Below are positions 40,565-55,357 of a stretch of 64,000 bases of DNA, one piece after another (position 1 is the first letter of the stretch; every line of letters starts with the position of its first letter). The notes under the pieces are model-generated. The model did not search any database. It was not told where the DNA came from and saw nothing but the letters and a program-made list of their open reading frames with translations. The stretch comes from Auanema rhodensis (lineage: Eukaryota; Animalia; Nematoda), in the NCBI GenBank assembly GCA_964057225.1, contig OZ059898.1:12710001-12774000 (forward strand), in the 5' to 3' direction. A program made the translations under genes and the position numbers.

Positions 40565-43500
40565 CGTCTCTAAGTTTGAGGGACTTGCTTGTTAAAAACT
40601 TTAAAAGGTCAGTCTGTAAAATATACGTGATTACGAGCAGAATATGTAGTTTTAGGATATACATAAGCCAAACGACTTGCACTAGAGAATGCATAACGAA
40701 GAATTCAAAATAAGGATTACAGGGCTTGATCAGCGGATTTCATAATGAAGGAGCAATAAGTACCGCGTGAAAATTAGAATACGTAAAAGCAGTACACGCA
40801 AAAAAAAATGGCGCAAAATCCAAATGGAATTTAGTAAAAATCAATAAAATCAAAAGTCCAATTGGGCTCAGTTGAATTCGAAGCTCTTGTAATTTAGTTA
40901 AGTGGAAACTGACATACAGTACAATATCCAAGTTCTGTACATTCCAAATCACAGTAGGACATTATTAAACGAACACACATATTTAAAATTGTTAAAAGAC
41001 TTTGAGAAGGTAGGAATAGTCATAGAAGCTGTCAGGAAGAGTGTGCCTCCAAATTAGCTGTAGCTTATTAAGAATAGCTAGATTTACAAATCGATTATCA
41101 ATCTTGAAATGATGATGAAAACTAATAAAGTTAAAAGGTGAAATAAAAGTGGAAAACACGAGGCTGTGTTCACATGATTCCCCGAGGGACAGATTGACCA
41201 TTTGGTGGGGCGGGTGAGCATGTTTTTACGTTATTTACCCATCAGGGCGAGAGCTCGGAGGCGGGTCAGTTGCAATTCGTCGTTTGTGTATGAAAGATAG
41301 AAGACATTCGAAGGGATAAAGCAAAACAAGAGAGAAAAGCGACTGAACTGGAGAGACTCCGAAAGGAGCAGCATCAGCTAGAGTGGTGTTGGTTCTGGTC
41401 GACGAACAACGATAACGACGGAGTAGCTGGAGGGAACTAGCGCAGGCCAAGTGAGGTCGAAACTTAGCGAGTTCAAAACGGAGGAGAAGTCAGAAGATAG
41501 TAAGGGAGGGGGAGAGAAAGAACTCACAAAGCAAGGGATAGATAAGTGAATAAGAGAAGGCTGCCACCCCTGCAAGCAACAAGCCAGCTGACCAGACGAA
41601 ATCGTGACGAGACCGCCCAACACGCAAACGTGTCCCTCTGTTCAACTAGGCTTATGCTGATGCTGGTCTCAAAGTAAAATAGAACCCTAGGCTGAAGTGG
41701 TACGAGAGAGGCTAAATGTAGACCACCCATATTGGTCATATGTCAATGTTCACGTGCGTAAAACAATTTTCATTATTTCATCAATGAGCCCGTGAAGCGG
41801 TTGCATTCTCTCTAACACTTCACATATCAATCGACAAATTATCATAAACAGATATTGAGTATTAGAATCCATGATGAATATGGTCTGGAAAGTTCAATAG
41901 TCTAGATGAAGTTCAATATTCAAATTAGATCAAAAACATAAAAAGGAAATAAAAGAATGTAAACGGTAGTCTACACTAATGCTTGTCGAATCTGTATGTA
42001 TGAGTGTCGCTGGGAGTGTAGACCACGTAGAGTAAGCAAAGTAACAGCTGACCAATTGGTTTCTGTCTCTCTCCTTTCGCCCATCGTTTCTCTCGTGATG
42101 TTGTTCTGCCATCACGACCACGTAGCTCTCGCGAGCGAAACGATCAGATACAACTAGTGTACATAACTTCTCCCTTCTGTTCTCTCTCAGTTCTAACATG
42201 TTTTCTACCTTTCTCTTGCTCACTTTCTTAGCATCGCTCTCTCACTTTAGCGAGATGTACCAGCTATTTGGCAGTATGCTGTAACATAGGGAGCAAATGG
42301 CTAGACGATACCCGTCACTGCTTGGGAGGGATTCAGCAGCTCTCAATGTATTTTGAAATGGCTATATGGCGGCTGGTGTCAAAGAGGTGAACACAGTAGA
42401 AGTATCGTTTAATCAGATTCAGGAATAGCTTTTCCTCACCCTGAACCTCATATTCCGTGAGATATTTCTATCATATATCTCTTTCATTCACATCGGCGCT
42501 GCCGTTTACCAGCCAGCCATTGTGATTCCACGCAACGAAACTTAACAGCTGGGACACGGGAGAAGGATAGATAGCCCCTTGAAGTCTCGCCATCAACAAG
42601 TTATGCTGTTTATCGAAATTGAACTCCTGTAGTCCTACGATGATAAAGACAGCTATTGTTGGGTAAAAGCGACTGCAGGTGCCACAAGAAGAACAATGCT
42701 GATCTTATCGTGTTGGGACCAAGACCGGACAGCATTTCAGAGTTTTCAAAAAGTGAATCAACTAAAGCAGGGAGAGAGAAAGAGAGGTCATATTCATTCA
42801 CATGTTCACTTCAATGTATGTTCTTAAATCAGACGAGAATAGGTTGTTTTGGAGCAGGAATGATGATTCGCAAAAAGAGGTGTAAAGATCGGTTGTTCGT
42901 AGGATTCAGAAGAGGTTCAACGAGTTAGAACGTACAGAGGGACCAAGATCAAATACCAGCAAAAAAAAACAAATCATAATCAATAAGATTGAATGGCCAG
43001 TAGCGAATAAATGAGAACGATAATGAAAATTAAAGTTAATTGTGCATATAATACTTAAGAGAGATAACTAGGTAAAATGAAGAGGAATGAGATATATTGC
43101 AGATAATAATAGAATTAAAAATGAAAAATTCAGTTATTTTATCATTAGAAATAGATATGATTCTGCCTGATGTGTGGGGGTGTTCTTTCTCTCTCCCATC
43201 TACGTGAAATAGCCATGTGTTCTATCTATCTCCGTCTGTTTCTCAGTCTCTTCTACTAGGGTAATATGTTTTATCTTGAAAATGTAAAAAAAAAGAAGAC
43301 AATGATAATGATATTGAATTCTAACATCTATTAGTATTCGTAAGTAAGTAAATATGATTAAATTGAAATTACAACAACAAACAGTACGTAAGGTGAGATA
43401 ATCGACTAAGAAAAAACGGACAAATTGGTTCGGACAGTAACAGGAGGGAGGAGGCAAGGAAAAATGGTGAGAAAGCGAGGTGAACATTATGGGAAGCACA

Positions 43501-46500
43501 TCCGAAACAAACGTACTAGCAATAGATACATAGAATTTGTCGTTAGAGTTACTAGTAAACGTTGTTGACATTTCAAAATATCAGAATCTTTGACTTTTCG
43601 ACCAAGTTGCTACAGATAGGACTGCCTGTGCTAGTGTCCAGCGCTTATGCTCGTCCCATCGTTCGTCTACATCAGCTCCTCACCCCCTCATTATTCTCAT
43701 CTCTCACACAATTCTATACTATTTTGATTGTTTCTTGTGCGTCTATCTATCTTACGGACTCTCTTTACTTTATACTATCTGCATTACTGAGACAGCTGTG
43801 TAGTGACGGGGTACGACTGGTTGAGCATCTTCTCATGTGTAATACGAAGGCTCACGTACGTGAAGGTTACCAAGAAAGAGATAGAAAAAGTGATAGAGGA
43901 ACAGAGAAGTGGAGAGAGAGCGTAAAGGAACGATTGAAGATGAAGAGAAAGAAGCATCAGATATCTCTTTATCCTTTGGCAGTTTGCGCCGTAAACATAT
44001 TACAAAGAGCATTGACTTTCTTAGCGCCTAGCGACGTCGTTGTCGTTCAGGTTAAATAGTCTGAGAAAAACTTTTCATGGAATACTATTGATCTTGGTAG
44101 CAGTTTGAATTCATCAAGATATAGCCGAGTTTAGCTACAGCAAGCAGCCAGATCATCATAGCACTGTTCCCTCCCACCCGTTCGAAGTGGTGTATATTAG
44201 CTATTTTTAGTAAGACAAGTCGTCGCATATTCTTCTATTTCGGAGAAATATACACAGAAAAGGAGGGATAGAGGCAGATCTAAAGCTTTCAAGTAATATT
44301 AGTTCTTATATGTTCTAATGTATCATAGAAAAATTACAAAAAAAAATGAGAAAATGAGAAGGAAAAATCATTATAGACTAAATGACGTCAATTACTCATA
44401 TATCGTCTGAATAGAACAAGCTTAAGTCGAGACAGACACTGCAGAGATCTGAATCGTTTTGTCGTTGTGTTCACGACCGGATGTCGTTTTCAAGACTGAT
44501 GGCTAGAGAGATTTGGAAAATGAATCTCTCCGAAGCAAAAACTGAGAGAGTCTGAGCAAGGAGATCAAAAGAGGGGAAAGAAACGAATTTTTTTGAAAAT
44601 AGTAGATCGGGTGGCTTAAGTAATCATGAGACGAGAGATTTCAGAAAAACATGAGAGCTTCAGATCCTAAATGTATATAATTGAAGGTGGCTTTTGTGAT
44701 TTTGTGTGACGAAAAACTGTGTACAATAGCCTGACTAAGTGACAAGCATGAGTAAATGGTTACCTCTTCTCATGAAATCATTGAAGGTAGAGAGACCTTC
44801 TGTTGTCAAAAAAAAATATAACGTGACCATAGATTTTGGAAAAGAGAAAAAGAAGAAAAATGAAAAAAAAAAAGAAAAAATGGGCAATAGGTCCATGGCT
44901 AGTCACATAGATAACAAAAGTTTAAATAAAAATATTAACGAATAAAATGTTTAGAAAATAGTAATAGGCAAATGGAATAGGAGTACGAGTATCAGGAATT
45001 GAATATGTCTGCGGTTTGTTCGTTAGAAACTAGAGTATCAGAGATGAATAAGGTGAAATCCTGAAAAAAATTCAATTAGACCGATGTTTTGAAACAAATA
45101 ATGATAAGAATATAGAAAGAACTTGAATGTACGATATGGATGAAAATGGTAAAAATGTGATTAATACTAACAAATATCTTGTAAAAGAAGAAATAGAACG
45201 TGTGAAAGAAAAATTATTGAAAATAGAAGGATGTCAGAAGAAATATTGATGTATACGTGACTTATGTGACTAACATAAGACTTAATGTTCAACTTTGTTT
45301 CTCTTCAGTTGCTGAAGTTTGATGCAATTTCACGTGATTTACGTGAAAGTTATCTCTTCATTGTTGCAAAGTAAAGCACAAAGAGCGGTTGCTTCTGACT
45401 CAAATTCTCTAACAAAACTATTATCTTGATTTCATTCTGTATTTCTTTCATTATCTATCAATCACTCTCTCGAAATAGTGTAGCTATTTGATATCTTCGA
45501 GATATCGCTAGAAATTATTGTTTTGATGAATAATCAATGTAGTTTAACCTTTTTGTCAAAATATGAAAGAAGACAAAAAAAGATAAGAATATTCTAAAGA
45601 TCAGCTCATCTTGTATATGGTTAGCCAGCAATTCGTTCAGCTTTTTTCAATAAGAAAAAAACCACCAAGAGGATGTGAAAGGACAGAATGAATGAAAATG
45701 AAGGACTCCAGACGCATCAGTAGATCGAAAATTAGACAATTCAATGGCGCAGAACTAGAATGCCATCCTAAAGATGAATTTAGCTAGTTCAAGCTCAATA
45801 TACCGGGCAGTTTGAATGAAAGTTAGTGGCGGCAAATTCGCTTGCATCGAGCAAAGCTAAAACTTATGAGCGTAGAACTGGACTATTAACACTGCGCATA
45901 TTCATGCTTTCGGATTTATAGATGCAAGAAGTATGTGGTAGCTGTGAAGAAAAATTGATGTCTAGCTCATGAGCTCATATGACAACCTGAAACCAAAAGA
46001 TCATCTATGTATATTGCGAGCATCTATGGTGTCAACATCACTTTCTTTTTTTTTTAATTGCTGGCCATGCAATCATTGATCTATATGATAATAAGGTAAT
46101 TTAATTCATATATCAGTAGATGACGAATTATTAGACTGTAGAATCAGTAAGCTTAGAAGATGGCAGCTGCTTCTGTTTTGCCAATTCAACATAGTTTTGC
46201 AAAGAAAGAGAGAAAGAAAGAGAGATAGAATTAAGATGAGTAGCTTCTAGAAATTGTTGTGATTCAAGAGAAAGAGAGAGAGATAGCGATTATGGTAGTA
46301 TCAGATAGATTAACAAAAATGACTAACTAATAAGGTGTTTCAATGATATCATATTATATACTTCATGTGACTATATGGATTGAATAGTACAAACAGTATA
46401 AACATCACAAATTCATCTATAACTGCTAGTACTATAACTACAACAACTTCTATTTGTAGCTTTCGCTGCGTGCTTTAATGATGATTATGATGATGTTGAT

Positions 46501-49500
46501 ATATAGTTCGGAATCTAATAGGTACAGCAAAGATGAAATTCGAGGATGATATAGACTAGAGAGAAAAGCTGGTGAAATACAGAAAGAGAAAGAAATAGAT
46601 GAACAGAGAGAGAGAGAGAAACAGAGAGGGAGAGAAACAGAGAGGGAGAGACAGAGAGATTGTTAGGGGTAGAGGGAGAGTGATTGGAAACTGGTAGATT
46701 CAACGCTAGTCGATCACGAAACAAAAAAAAAAGAATTTTATGACGAAGTGCCAATAGAACCTATAGTATGAATGGAAGAATCAAAAACTAGAAGAATAAT
46801 TCAGAATTATTTAACAAAACAATCTAAACGAAGATCTTTTTGATCACAATGGAATTAATAACGTTTTCTACCCGAGATATCTATAGAATCTGCTCAGAAC
46901 TTTTTTTTTGTAGCTAGCTGTGCTAATATTACGAACGTTAGCAGATATACATATATTCTTTGGCTAATATTTCGAATAGGGATAGTTCTATACAATGAAG
47001 TAGTAAAGCTGTAATCAGCATCAGACAATGCTTTAGGAAAAATAGAAATTAAAGAAATGTTGCAGATGAATTGATCTACTATGATATACGGAATTCATGG
47101 AAAGTTTGAAAAGGAATGAGAGAGAAAGTCGAAAAGGAGAAGAGCCATAGAGAGAACAAAATAGAAAGAAAGAGTGAATGAAAAAGAGAGAAAGAGAGAG
47201 AGGGAGATAGAGAGAAGGGTAGAATCAGAAGTGAAATGATTATTTTCGAATGAGAAAGGGAATACAGGCTGAGAAGAGGAGAAGATAGATCATGGTTTGG
47301 TAGGTATACAACTACAAACATATACAAACATCAGTTGTGTAACGATCATGCACCAAGACAAGGCAATGATTCAAGTGATTTCACGGGAAGGGTTCGGAAG
47401 AAGGTGTGTGGAATCTGATCACACAAGCAAGGTGATATCGGCTTGTACGAGATCTAGCGTTAGTCATGTTGAAAGAGACGAAATAAATATTGAACGGACA
47501 GTAACGAAAAGTTCAAAATAAAAGAAGCAATGAACGAAAAAAGTTGGTTTGGCCAAGTTCAACCGGGGTTCGACTTGTTGGAATATCATCGGATATGATG
47601 ATGCTGATGATGAGAGATAGATAGTGGACATGTGTGTATGTGAATGTATGCGTGTGTCTACTACGTTCATCGTCGTCGTGATGCACATACACGGACAGCG
47701 ATCGATAATCAGCGGAGGTCGACGACGTGAAAACGTGGAACTGACGTATGAATCTCTTTTCGCGTCTAGTTCTCTAACGTGTTCATTGTATTTCAACATG
47801 TCTTTTTCTCTCTCCATTTTTCTCTTTTCTGTCGCGCGACGCGTGGTAGTTGTGGGATTGGGTGGTGGGGGGGGGGGGGTTTGCGTGTGGTTGTGGTGGT
47901 TGATTGCTAGTGAAATAGAAAAATGAAGCGAGATCATATACATTTGAGAGGTTGTTAGCAAGAAAACGAGATAACGATGAGGGAAAAAAAGCGAAAAGTT
48001 AAAAGGAACCTATGATTTAGACAGAGAAATGGTGTTAGGGGGGTGTTAGGGGCGTTGGTGATGGTGATGGTGGTGTCGATGAACATGCAGGGTCATTCCT
48101 CTTCGTAGAAGCCAGAGCATTACACGTTTCACGTTTGATTCATAGAACTGAGAACAGAATGATAGATAGAGATGGAATATTTCGCAAATGCAAGCCTAAG
48201 CCGATGGGTGATATTTGTCAAACTAAATATAAAAGAAACTTAAACAGCTAGAGTAGCAAAATGAGGAAGATATAAAGAGAGTGGGGTTAGAGGGAAATGT
48301 GAAGAAAAAGGATGAATAGATCAGAGAGGTAACAGATCAAAGAAGAGCATACATGTTATTTTCTTTTGGATATACCGAAACACATAATCATCCTCTTTCC
48401 ATTTACTGAGAAATCGTTTGGACGCCAAAAAACGTCTGTCTGGAGATTGCCGATCATCATCATCATCCCAGAACTACGAGTTTGTATTAGAAAGCACAAA
48501 AGGGCTAAAAGCCAGTTCATATACTTGCTATCTTTTTCTCCCTTTATCTGTTGGCCGACCGAACAACTGAATGATTGGAAATAATAAGGGAAAGCATAAA
48601 TAGAAAGAGATCTACATAGAAACGACTGATCGTAAGTGAGTAAGAGAGATAGGCAGAACAGAGTAATAAGTGAGAGAGAGTAGAGAAAGAGAGAGAGAAA
48701 GAAAGAGAGAGAGAGCTACAAATAGTTGTATCGTTTCTAAAAATGGTAACGGCCGATTCACTAATCGCCCTAAAGTCAGTATTTGAGGAAATTCGAAGTG
48801 AAATACTGTCAGATGTATGCTTACGAATGATTTAGAAAGAGAAATCATCATGAAGTAAAGAGACAAAATATAACAAAAACTGGCGGCGACCCTCATCGTT
48901 TCTGTGCGACGTCGTTTTTTTAGAATTTGAACGAACAGAAAAAGAGCGTTCCGTTTTAGTTAGATAGACAAACTATATCGAGTTTGTATTGAGTAGGTAG
49001 GAGGTGTTTAGTTCAGTGATACTGAATGACGATATCATATGTAATACATATTATATCTTCTTCGACATCAGAGTTAAACGAATAACATCATAGGAAAATA
49101 AATGGTTAAATAATCATTGGTAATAGTTATCAAGCACAGAATTAGAGGCTAATTTGGAAGCTGCAGCTGATAGAATCATATCTAACGGACAGTAAATGGG
49201 GAAAAAGGAAGCTGAAGTGTAAAATAACATTGAAAGTTGACATCATACTTAAGTAAATATATCTTTCTATTAAGTTAGTATAATTGAATTAAATGAACAA
49301 TTCTATATATATATATGTATATATAAATATATAAATAATCTATATATAGTATATAGTATATAATATAAATATTATGTTAATTCATACATATAAAAACATA
49401 TTATCGAATATTATAGTTGTAGCTTGAGTATATAAAGATTAAGTTTCATAATTCATTATGCAACCGGATGCATTGCTTGTGAACGTAGGAAAATTGAACT

Positions 49501-52500
49501 GTCACGTAATCCACGTGGCACGTGCCCCGAAACGCGGCAGAAGTTCAAAAAAATAATCAATTTGAATGAATGAAATCATTATAACATCATTTTGATGTTA
49601 ATTAAAATATGATGATGTAATCAAATATAGTATTTTGAATTAATAATAAAAATTATTTCAATTATTGAGTAAGTAAAAGTAATAGTTTAAATCATATAAT
49701 ATAAGTAATTAAAATTAGTAAAAAAATGCTGATTGAATAAGCAGCCAACGAAACTATAATATAAATTCATTTTTCAAATATGGAAAAATTCAGGTCAAAG
49801 AGGACAATTTGTATGATGCAAGCCCATATCATATGATTTCGTAATTTATACGAGAACTACAACATGTACAATTATAATATAATTCATCGAATGTTAACTT
49901 TACATTCTAGATGTAATATGTGAATGAATATACTGCTAAACGTAAACGTACGTGAGAATTACAGAGAGATAGAAAGGGATGACGAGAGGGAAGGAGGGAT
50001 AGATGGAGAGAAAGATATAGAGAGAAAATCGAAAAAAAAAACGAGAAGAGAAAAAAAATGGAGAGAGAAGAGGAAAGAATTTGAAAAAAAAGTGAAAGGT
50101 GGGAGAAAAAACTTTTTTTTGTTTTCTGTTTGTTCATATTTTTGCATTAAAATTCTCGGTTTGTATGTGTATGAATCTATATTTCAGCTCCCAAATTATC
50201 ACGTGTAGGCTTATTCACTATAGAACTCACTGATCACATTAAAAGAAAACAGATAAAGAAAAATAACAACTTGAAACAGATAAATTTCTGAGAAATTAAG
50301 TAGAAAATATCAGAAATGAACAATTTTCGGGAAATACCAAGGCTTTCGGTGAGAACGAAAGGCGTTTTTTCTCTCGGAAACATGCATCTTTTGAGCTAAA
50401 ACCTAAAAAATATTTCCGATATATGTTGATGAAGCTGATTATGACGTCTACATGTCCAACTGTATTCAGGTCATACAACAAGTCAGGAAGACTGGTCTGG
50501 CTACGTATATTCGAGGTACAACAATTGTAGTCACTGGCGGATTGATCCACGTTGTTCAACGTACGAACTTGGTGGGTTTGATGGTTTATGTTAGGATATC
50601 CTTCCTCTCTCTTTTCTACTTATCTTCTATTGCTCTCTGTCTATTTTTACCCTCTCTCTCTTCTATAATTTCGTTGTCTCTCTACTCTCTCCAGCTCCAA
50701 GACCAGGTCTTTGTGTCTTTCAAAATCGGGGTATCTTATACAAGCCAAGGTCGAACCACGTATCGTCCTCATTCGAGGATCAACACCGACCACCCCCACC
50801 CCTCCGCCATCAACATCATCATCAACGTTGATGAGGATGGTCATGACGACGTCGACGACAGCGCCATCATAACTCTTTTGTCGTGGAAGTTCGTGTTGTA
50901 CTAATGATTTATCTACCAAAAATACATTTTTTTTCTTTGAACATGTCCTTCGGGAGGTATTGCTGAATAGTTCACCAAGACATTCCGTGTCGTAATCAGA
51001 GTTTTGGGACAAAATTTTCAGATTTTTCGAATATACACGTCCATAAAATCGTATTATCAGAGAGACAAAACAACAAAAAAAACCTCTAGAACGATCATGA
51101 AATGATCATTTTTATTGAATAGTGAAGATGTGCAATAGCCGGAAAAAGTCCCTATATAGTGGGCACAGCTGCTTAAAATCGTGAGCAAACTTCTGTATAT
51201 AGAGATAGCTTTACACGGTATGAATCATGTTGGTATTAGTAGTATTTAGGCTTTTTTTGTGTTATTATAAGCTTATAAAATTAATTTTCGATGGATTTTT
51301 TTTAGGAAATAACATAATCTTCAAAATAAAAATATGAGGAACAACTGAAGGATTTTATCAGATTGTTCTTCATTTGTGATGAAGTGACCAGCTCTATATC
51401 ATGCGTTCAAAAGGAAAGTAATTTTTTTTAATTTAGGCTTGAAAAATCTACCAGTTTTGATAAAAAATAAAAAAAAATAAGAAGAAAATTGGATAACATG
51501 TTATTCCGCAAACTACTGAGCTTAGAGGAATAAAAGAAAAATTGTAATGTATGCAGATTAAATGATCAAAGTCAAGAGAAATCAAAAAGGTGGTTCATTG
51601 ATATGGTGAGATTTGGATTAGTTGGCTCTATTAGCTACTAATACAAGCTTCTTAGTTGATCTTTTGATTTGTCATTGTGAATACGGAAAGGTTTGAGAAC
51701 AATACGTGAGATGAGAAAGGGTTTAGAGCTTGTTCCTTCCGGATTCACATTTGGAACAGTGTTACCAAGAAGTAACATCAGAAACAATCAAAATCAAAGA
51801 AAGGGTTTGTTAGAGAGGTAAAAGACATGCATGAGGTAAAGAACAGGGGGTGAAGAGGGGTGAGGTGGTAAAATAGAGAGAAAAGGAAGCGGCTGTGCGA
51901 AAGTGACGATAATAGGAGAGTGGTTCACGACAAGTGACGACGCAACTCGAATTTTCTATTATTTATGTTCAAAATGGCTTCCTAACTGGAACCGGCAGCT
52001 GTCTCGTACTTGGCTGATGGGCAGTTGTGGTCCGAATTTCTGATGTCAGGTCAATATAAGATGGCTCGGTATTGACGCAACAAGATCAGAACGAATTGTC
52101 TATCAGGAGAGCTTGGCAAGGATGCAGGTTGATATTTGGTGAAATGTAGGATGTGGTCATGCGGCCATCAAATTGCAAGTTACGTGTTTCTCATTTTCAG
52201 GTTAAAGGACAACAACGACGGCGGCCCAACCGGTTCCGAATTCGTTCTAGCTGACTAAATTTACCGTTGAATCAACAGGTCAGCTGGTAACTTGAATGAA
52301 CATCTGTCTCGTTTTGAGAATATAATAGCTGGATGAGATCGCCCGACTCTCCTCTACTATTTGAAGCCAATCTTTACGTTATACCCAGTCTCATAAACTT
52401 GGTGGTCCTGGAGGTTTGACAACAAGTATGATCGCCGCTGGATTGCAGTTACTCCATCGACAGCGGCAATAGCTGATGATGATGATTGTGGTCGTTTTGT

Positions 52501-54249
52501 CGGTGGTTGTGGTGTTAGTGGTAGTGTTGGTGGTGGTAGTCGTGTGGTCCTTGTGTCTCCCTCGGGGGGCAATACACAGACGTGGAAAGAAGGAAAGAGA
52601 GAAAGAGATAGATGGAGGAAAAGAGAGAGAATAAGACAGTGTGAGCCAATGATGGAGAAAGAGAGAGCGACCAGGGAGACCAGTCTAGCCTCCACGTAAC
52701 TTCACGTTGGAGCCGGACAAACAAAAAACATTGATTTTCCATCTGAACCTCTAGAAATAGCAGCAGGACAGCCTCTACTAGAGAGTATACGAAAAGAGGA
52801 AGAAATAGAAATCATATGCCCACCACGGATTGAGATTGGATGGAAAGATGAATCATACAAGGAACGGATTTGGGAGAGTAAGAACCCACGTGCATGTAGT
52901 AGGTGAGAGAAAATTAATAAATAAATCCGGAATTGTATGAAAGAGTGAACAACATTTATAGGAAGAGAATGAGATCAGATGAAAGTCCATGGAATAATAT
53001 GTAATCGGAAGAACTTTGATGAACATGAAGCCCAAGAAAGCTGAGAAAAGGAAGAAGAGATAATATGAAAAGAAAAGGAAGGAAGGAAGGAAGGGAAGAG
53101 CACAGAAAAAGGATGCACTGGTCACGTAAAGTAGATGCAGCTGTCTGAATCTATGTTGACGTCAGTGCAACTAGCAACATTTCCATAGAAATGATTCAAT
53201 ACAATGTGTAGAATAAGAAATGAACACCAACTAGAAGGTGAGAGTAAAGGAAAGGGAAGATGAAGCAAAAAAAAAGTCAAAAAAGACGTCGAGAGAACAG
53301 AGAATGAAAAACAACCGTTTGATGCGCTTCGGTTTCGAAAAATGAATAAGTGTTGTTCACGTGGATGACGTGTTTTCTCACGTGCATTAACAGAATAAAT
53401 TCCATGAATATTCAGAATCATTATGAATACAGTTAGAGTAATGTATTTGATCAGAATAGAATACATAGAATAGCTGACCAGTTAAAGACATTGCATGGCC
53501 AGTCGACAAGACAGCGGAAGAGACCACAACTCACTTGTCTGTTCGCGTGTGGCGCACACGCAGTGAGATCAGCATAGACTTGAACCAAGCTTTCCGGGAT
53601 CGACCAAACAAGCTCGAGAGTCACTTTGTCTTCTTGAACGGGAAAGGGATCGACGAAGATGGCATAAAAGGAGGATAAGGAGAAGAGATTGAAGTCCAAG
53701 GGGTCAGTCACAAATCTGGAAGAGACGGAGTTGTTCAAAGAACTATTGTGAGTTTTGAATCACTGGAATACACCCAATACCCAAGCCTCTGACAGTGAAA
53801 AAGAATTAGTGGTGATGATCGTAATAGACTGCGTGTTCTTCGATCCGACTTGTCGCCGGGATCGACCTAATGAGCGAGGAATCCTTATACGGTCAACAGA
53901 ATGTACGAGATCCTATTCTTCACGACAGCCGCACTCATCACCATCTTCCCAATCAACATACCCTAGTCGGCCTAATGGCTGGCAAAGATGACGTTCTCTG
54001 TCATTCAAAGATGAAAATTTCGAAGACTGTTTCCAAGACAACTAGTCTACTATTTTGTCTACGTGAACGACACGGAAATGACCGGGCAGGTCTTGCTTAA
54101 GAAAGAGAATTGAAAGAAGGCGAGAATAAGAACAAGGCAAAAAGAAGAGAGGACCAGAGAACAGGGGGGTTAGAAGCGGAAGACGTAAAGAGGTGAGCGA
54201 CAACGATTCTGACAGCGAAGGTGAAAGCGAAATCGCCGCTAGTCTAGGG

Positions 54250-54257
54250 TTATATAA
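54250..54257. promoter_or_regulatory. TATA-box-like TATATAA (readable on both strands) in a GC-richer island
   Basis: GGGTTATATAAGGCG with GC-rich flanks. No associated gene was identified. Confidence 0.3.
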
Positions 54258-54970
54258 GGCGTTTTCAGGTACTGACGCTGATGATTGGAAGATGTCACAT
54301 CAAGCGAACGGACAAGTTCAGAAGAGAAAAGGAAGAACAGATGAAGAAACGGAGCCGACGTGTGATGGCCATACGTAAGACAAGACAAAAATGACAATGA
54401 TCACAATGATATGGTAAAGGTGTTGAAGAAGATGCTGACAACATTTGAAACCACACAATTCTTCACGTCGACATCAATAATGCTTAAAACATGCCATCCT
54501 AATCATGTTCCAACGACGAGCGTAACTAACTGCTAACATTTAAGTATTTCTAAGGGGAACATCTTTCTCTCTCTTTCTCTCTCTCTTTCTTTTTTTATTT
54601 CTTATGAATACTGATAAGAAACAACTTTGACAGGAAAACATGTATGAAATCCATTTATCACAGGAAAACGAAACTCATGCAAGAACTTCAACACAAGATT
54701 GAGTTAATTGCAAATAACTATAAAAATTTATATCAAGAGTATCGAGAATTGTTATAACCTGAACATCAACTAGAAAATTGAAATAAAACTAAGTTTTATA
54801 TGCTAAGTTGTGTGAAATTGAGATAAAAATATAATAAATGATGGGTTTTCAAACTCATAGATGCCTGATATTAACTAATTTACTCGAAATATATCTAATT
54901 TTGGTATATTCGACATGAATATACACTGTATCAGAGATCATCTCAACTAAACACTGGAAAACTGGTGCTA

Positions 54971-55248
54971 GTAGTATGTGAAAAGTTGTCGCTGGACGGT
55001 CATTTTGCCCATTCTCTATTTTTTGCACTTTTTAGCTATTTTAATGCACAAAAATATCAAAAATCTGTCTTAACTTATCGAAAATTGGTCATTTCTGAAA
55101 AAATGGTAAATTTGGACTGTCTAGTTCTTTGACCATTTTGCCCAGTACCCCCTTTTCCCAAATCCAAGCTTTTTCACATTTTCGAATAAATTAATCCTAA
55201 TAAATAAGCAAGTTAAATAAAAATCTGAAACCACTAACAAATCTAGAT
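54971..55248 (+). repeat. Left terminal inverted repeat
   Basis: Reverse complement of 56231-56502. Confidence 0.92.
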
Positions 55249-55357
55249 GTTACAGATTGACCACTCTCTCTTTCTCTTTTAGTTCTTTCCTTTGGTGTGA
55301 CGTACAAAGGTCATCAGCGTTCACTTTTCTCGAGCACACACATTTGCTCCAGTTAAA

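Noticed and set aside
48192-48202. AAGCCTAAGCC (telomere-repeat or telomerase-template-like) and isolated TTAGGC matches
   Set aside because: Single short matches with no array or supporting structure; expected by chance.
50296-51012. Overlapping 87-150 aa ORFs on both strands
   Set aside because: No domain, compositional bias, and no splice-supported gene model.
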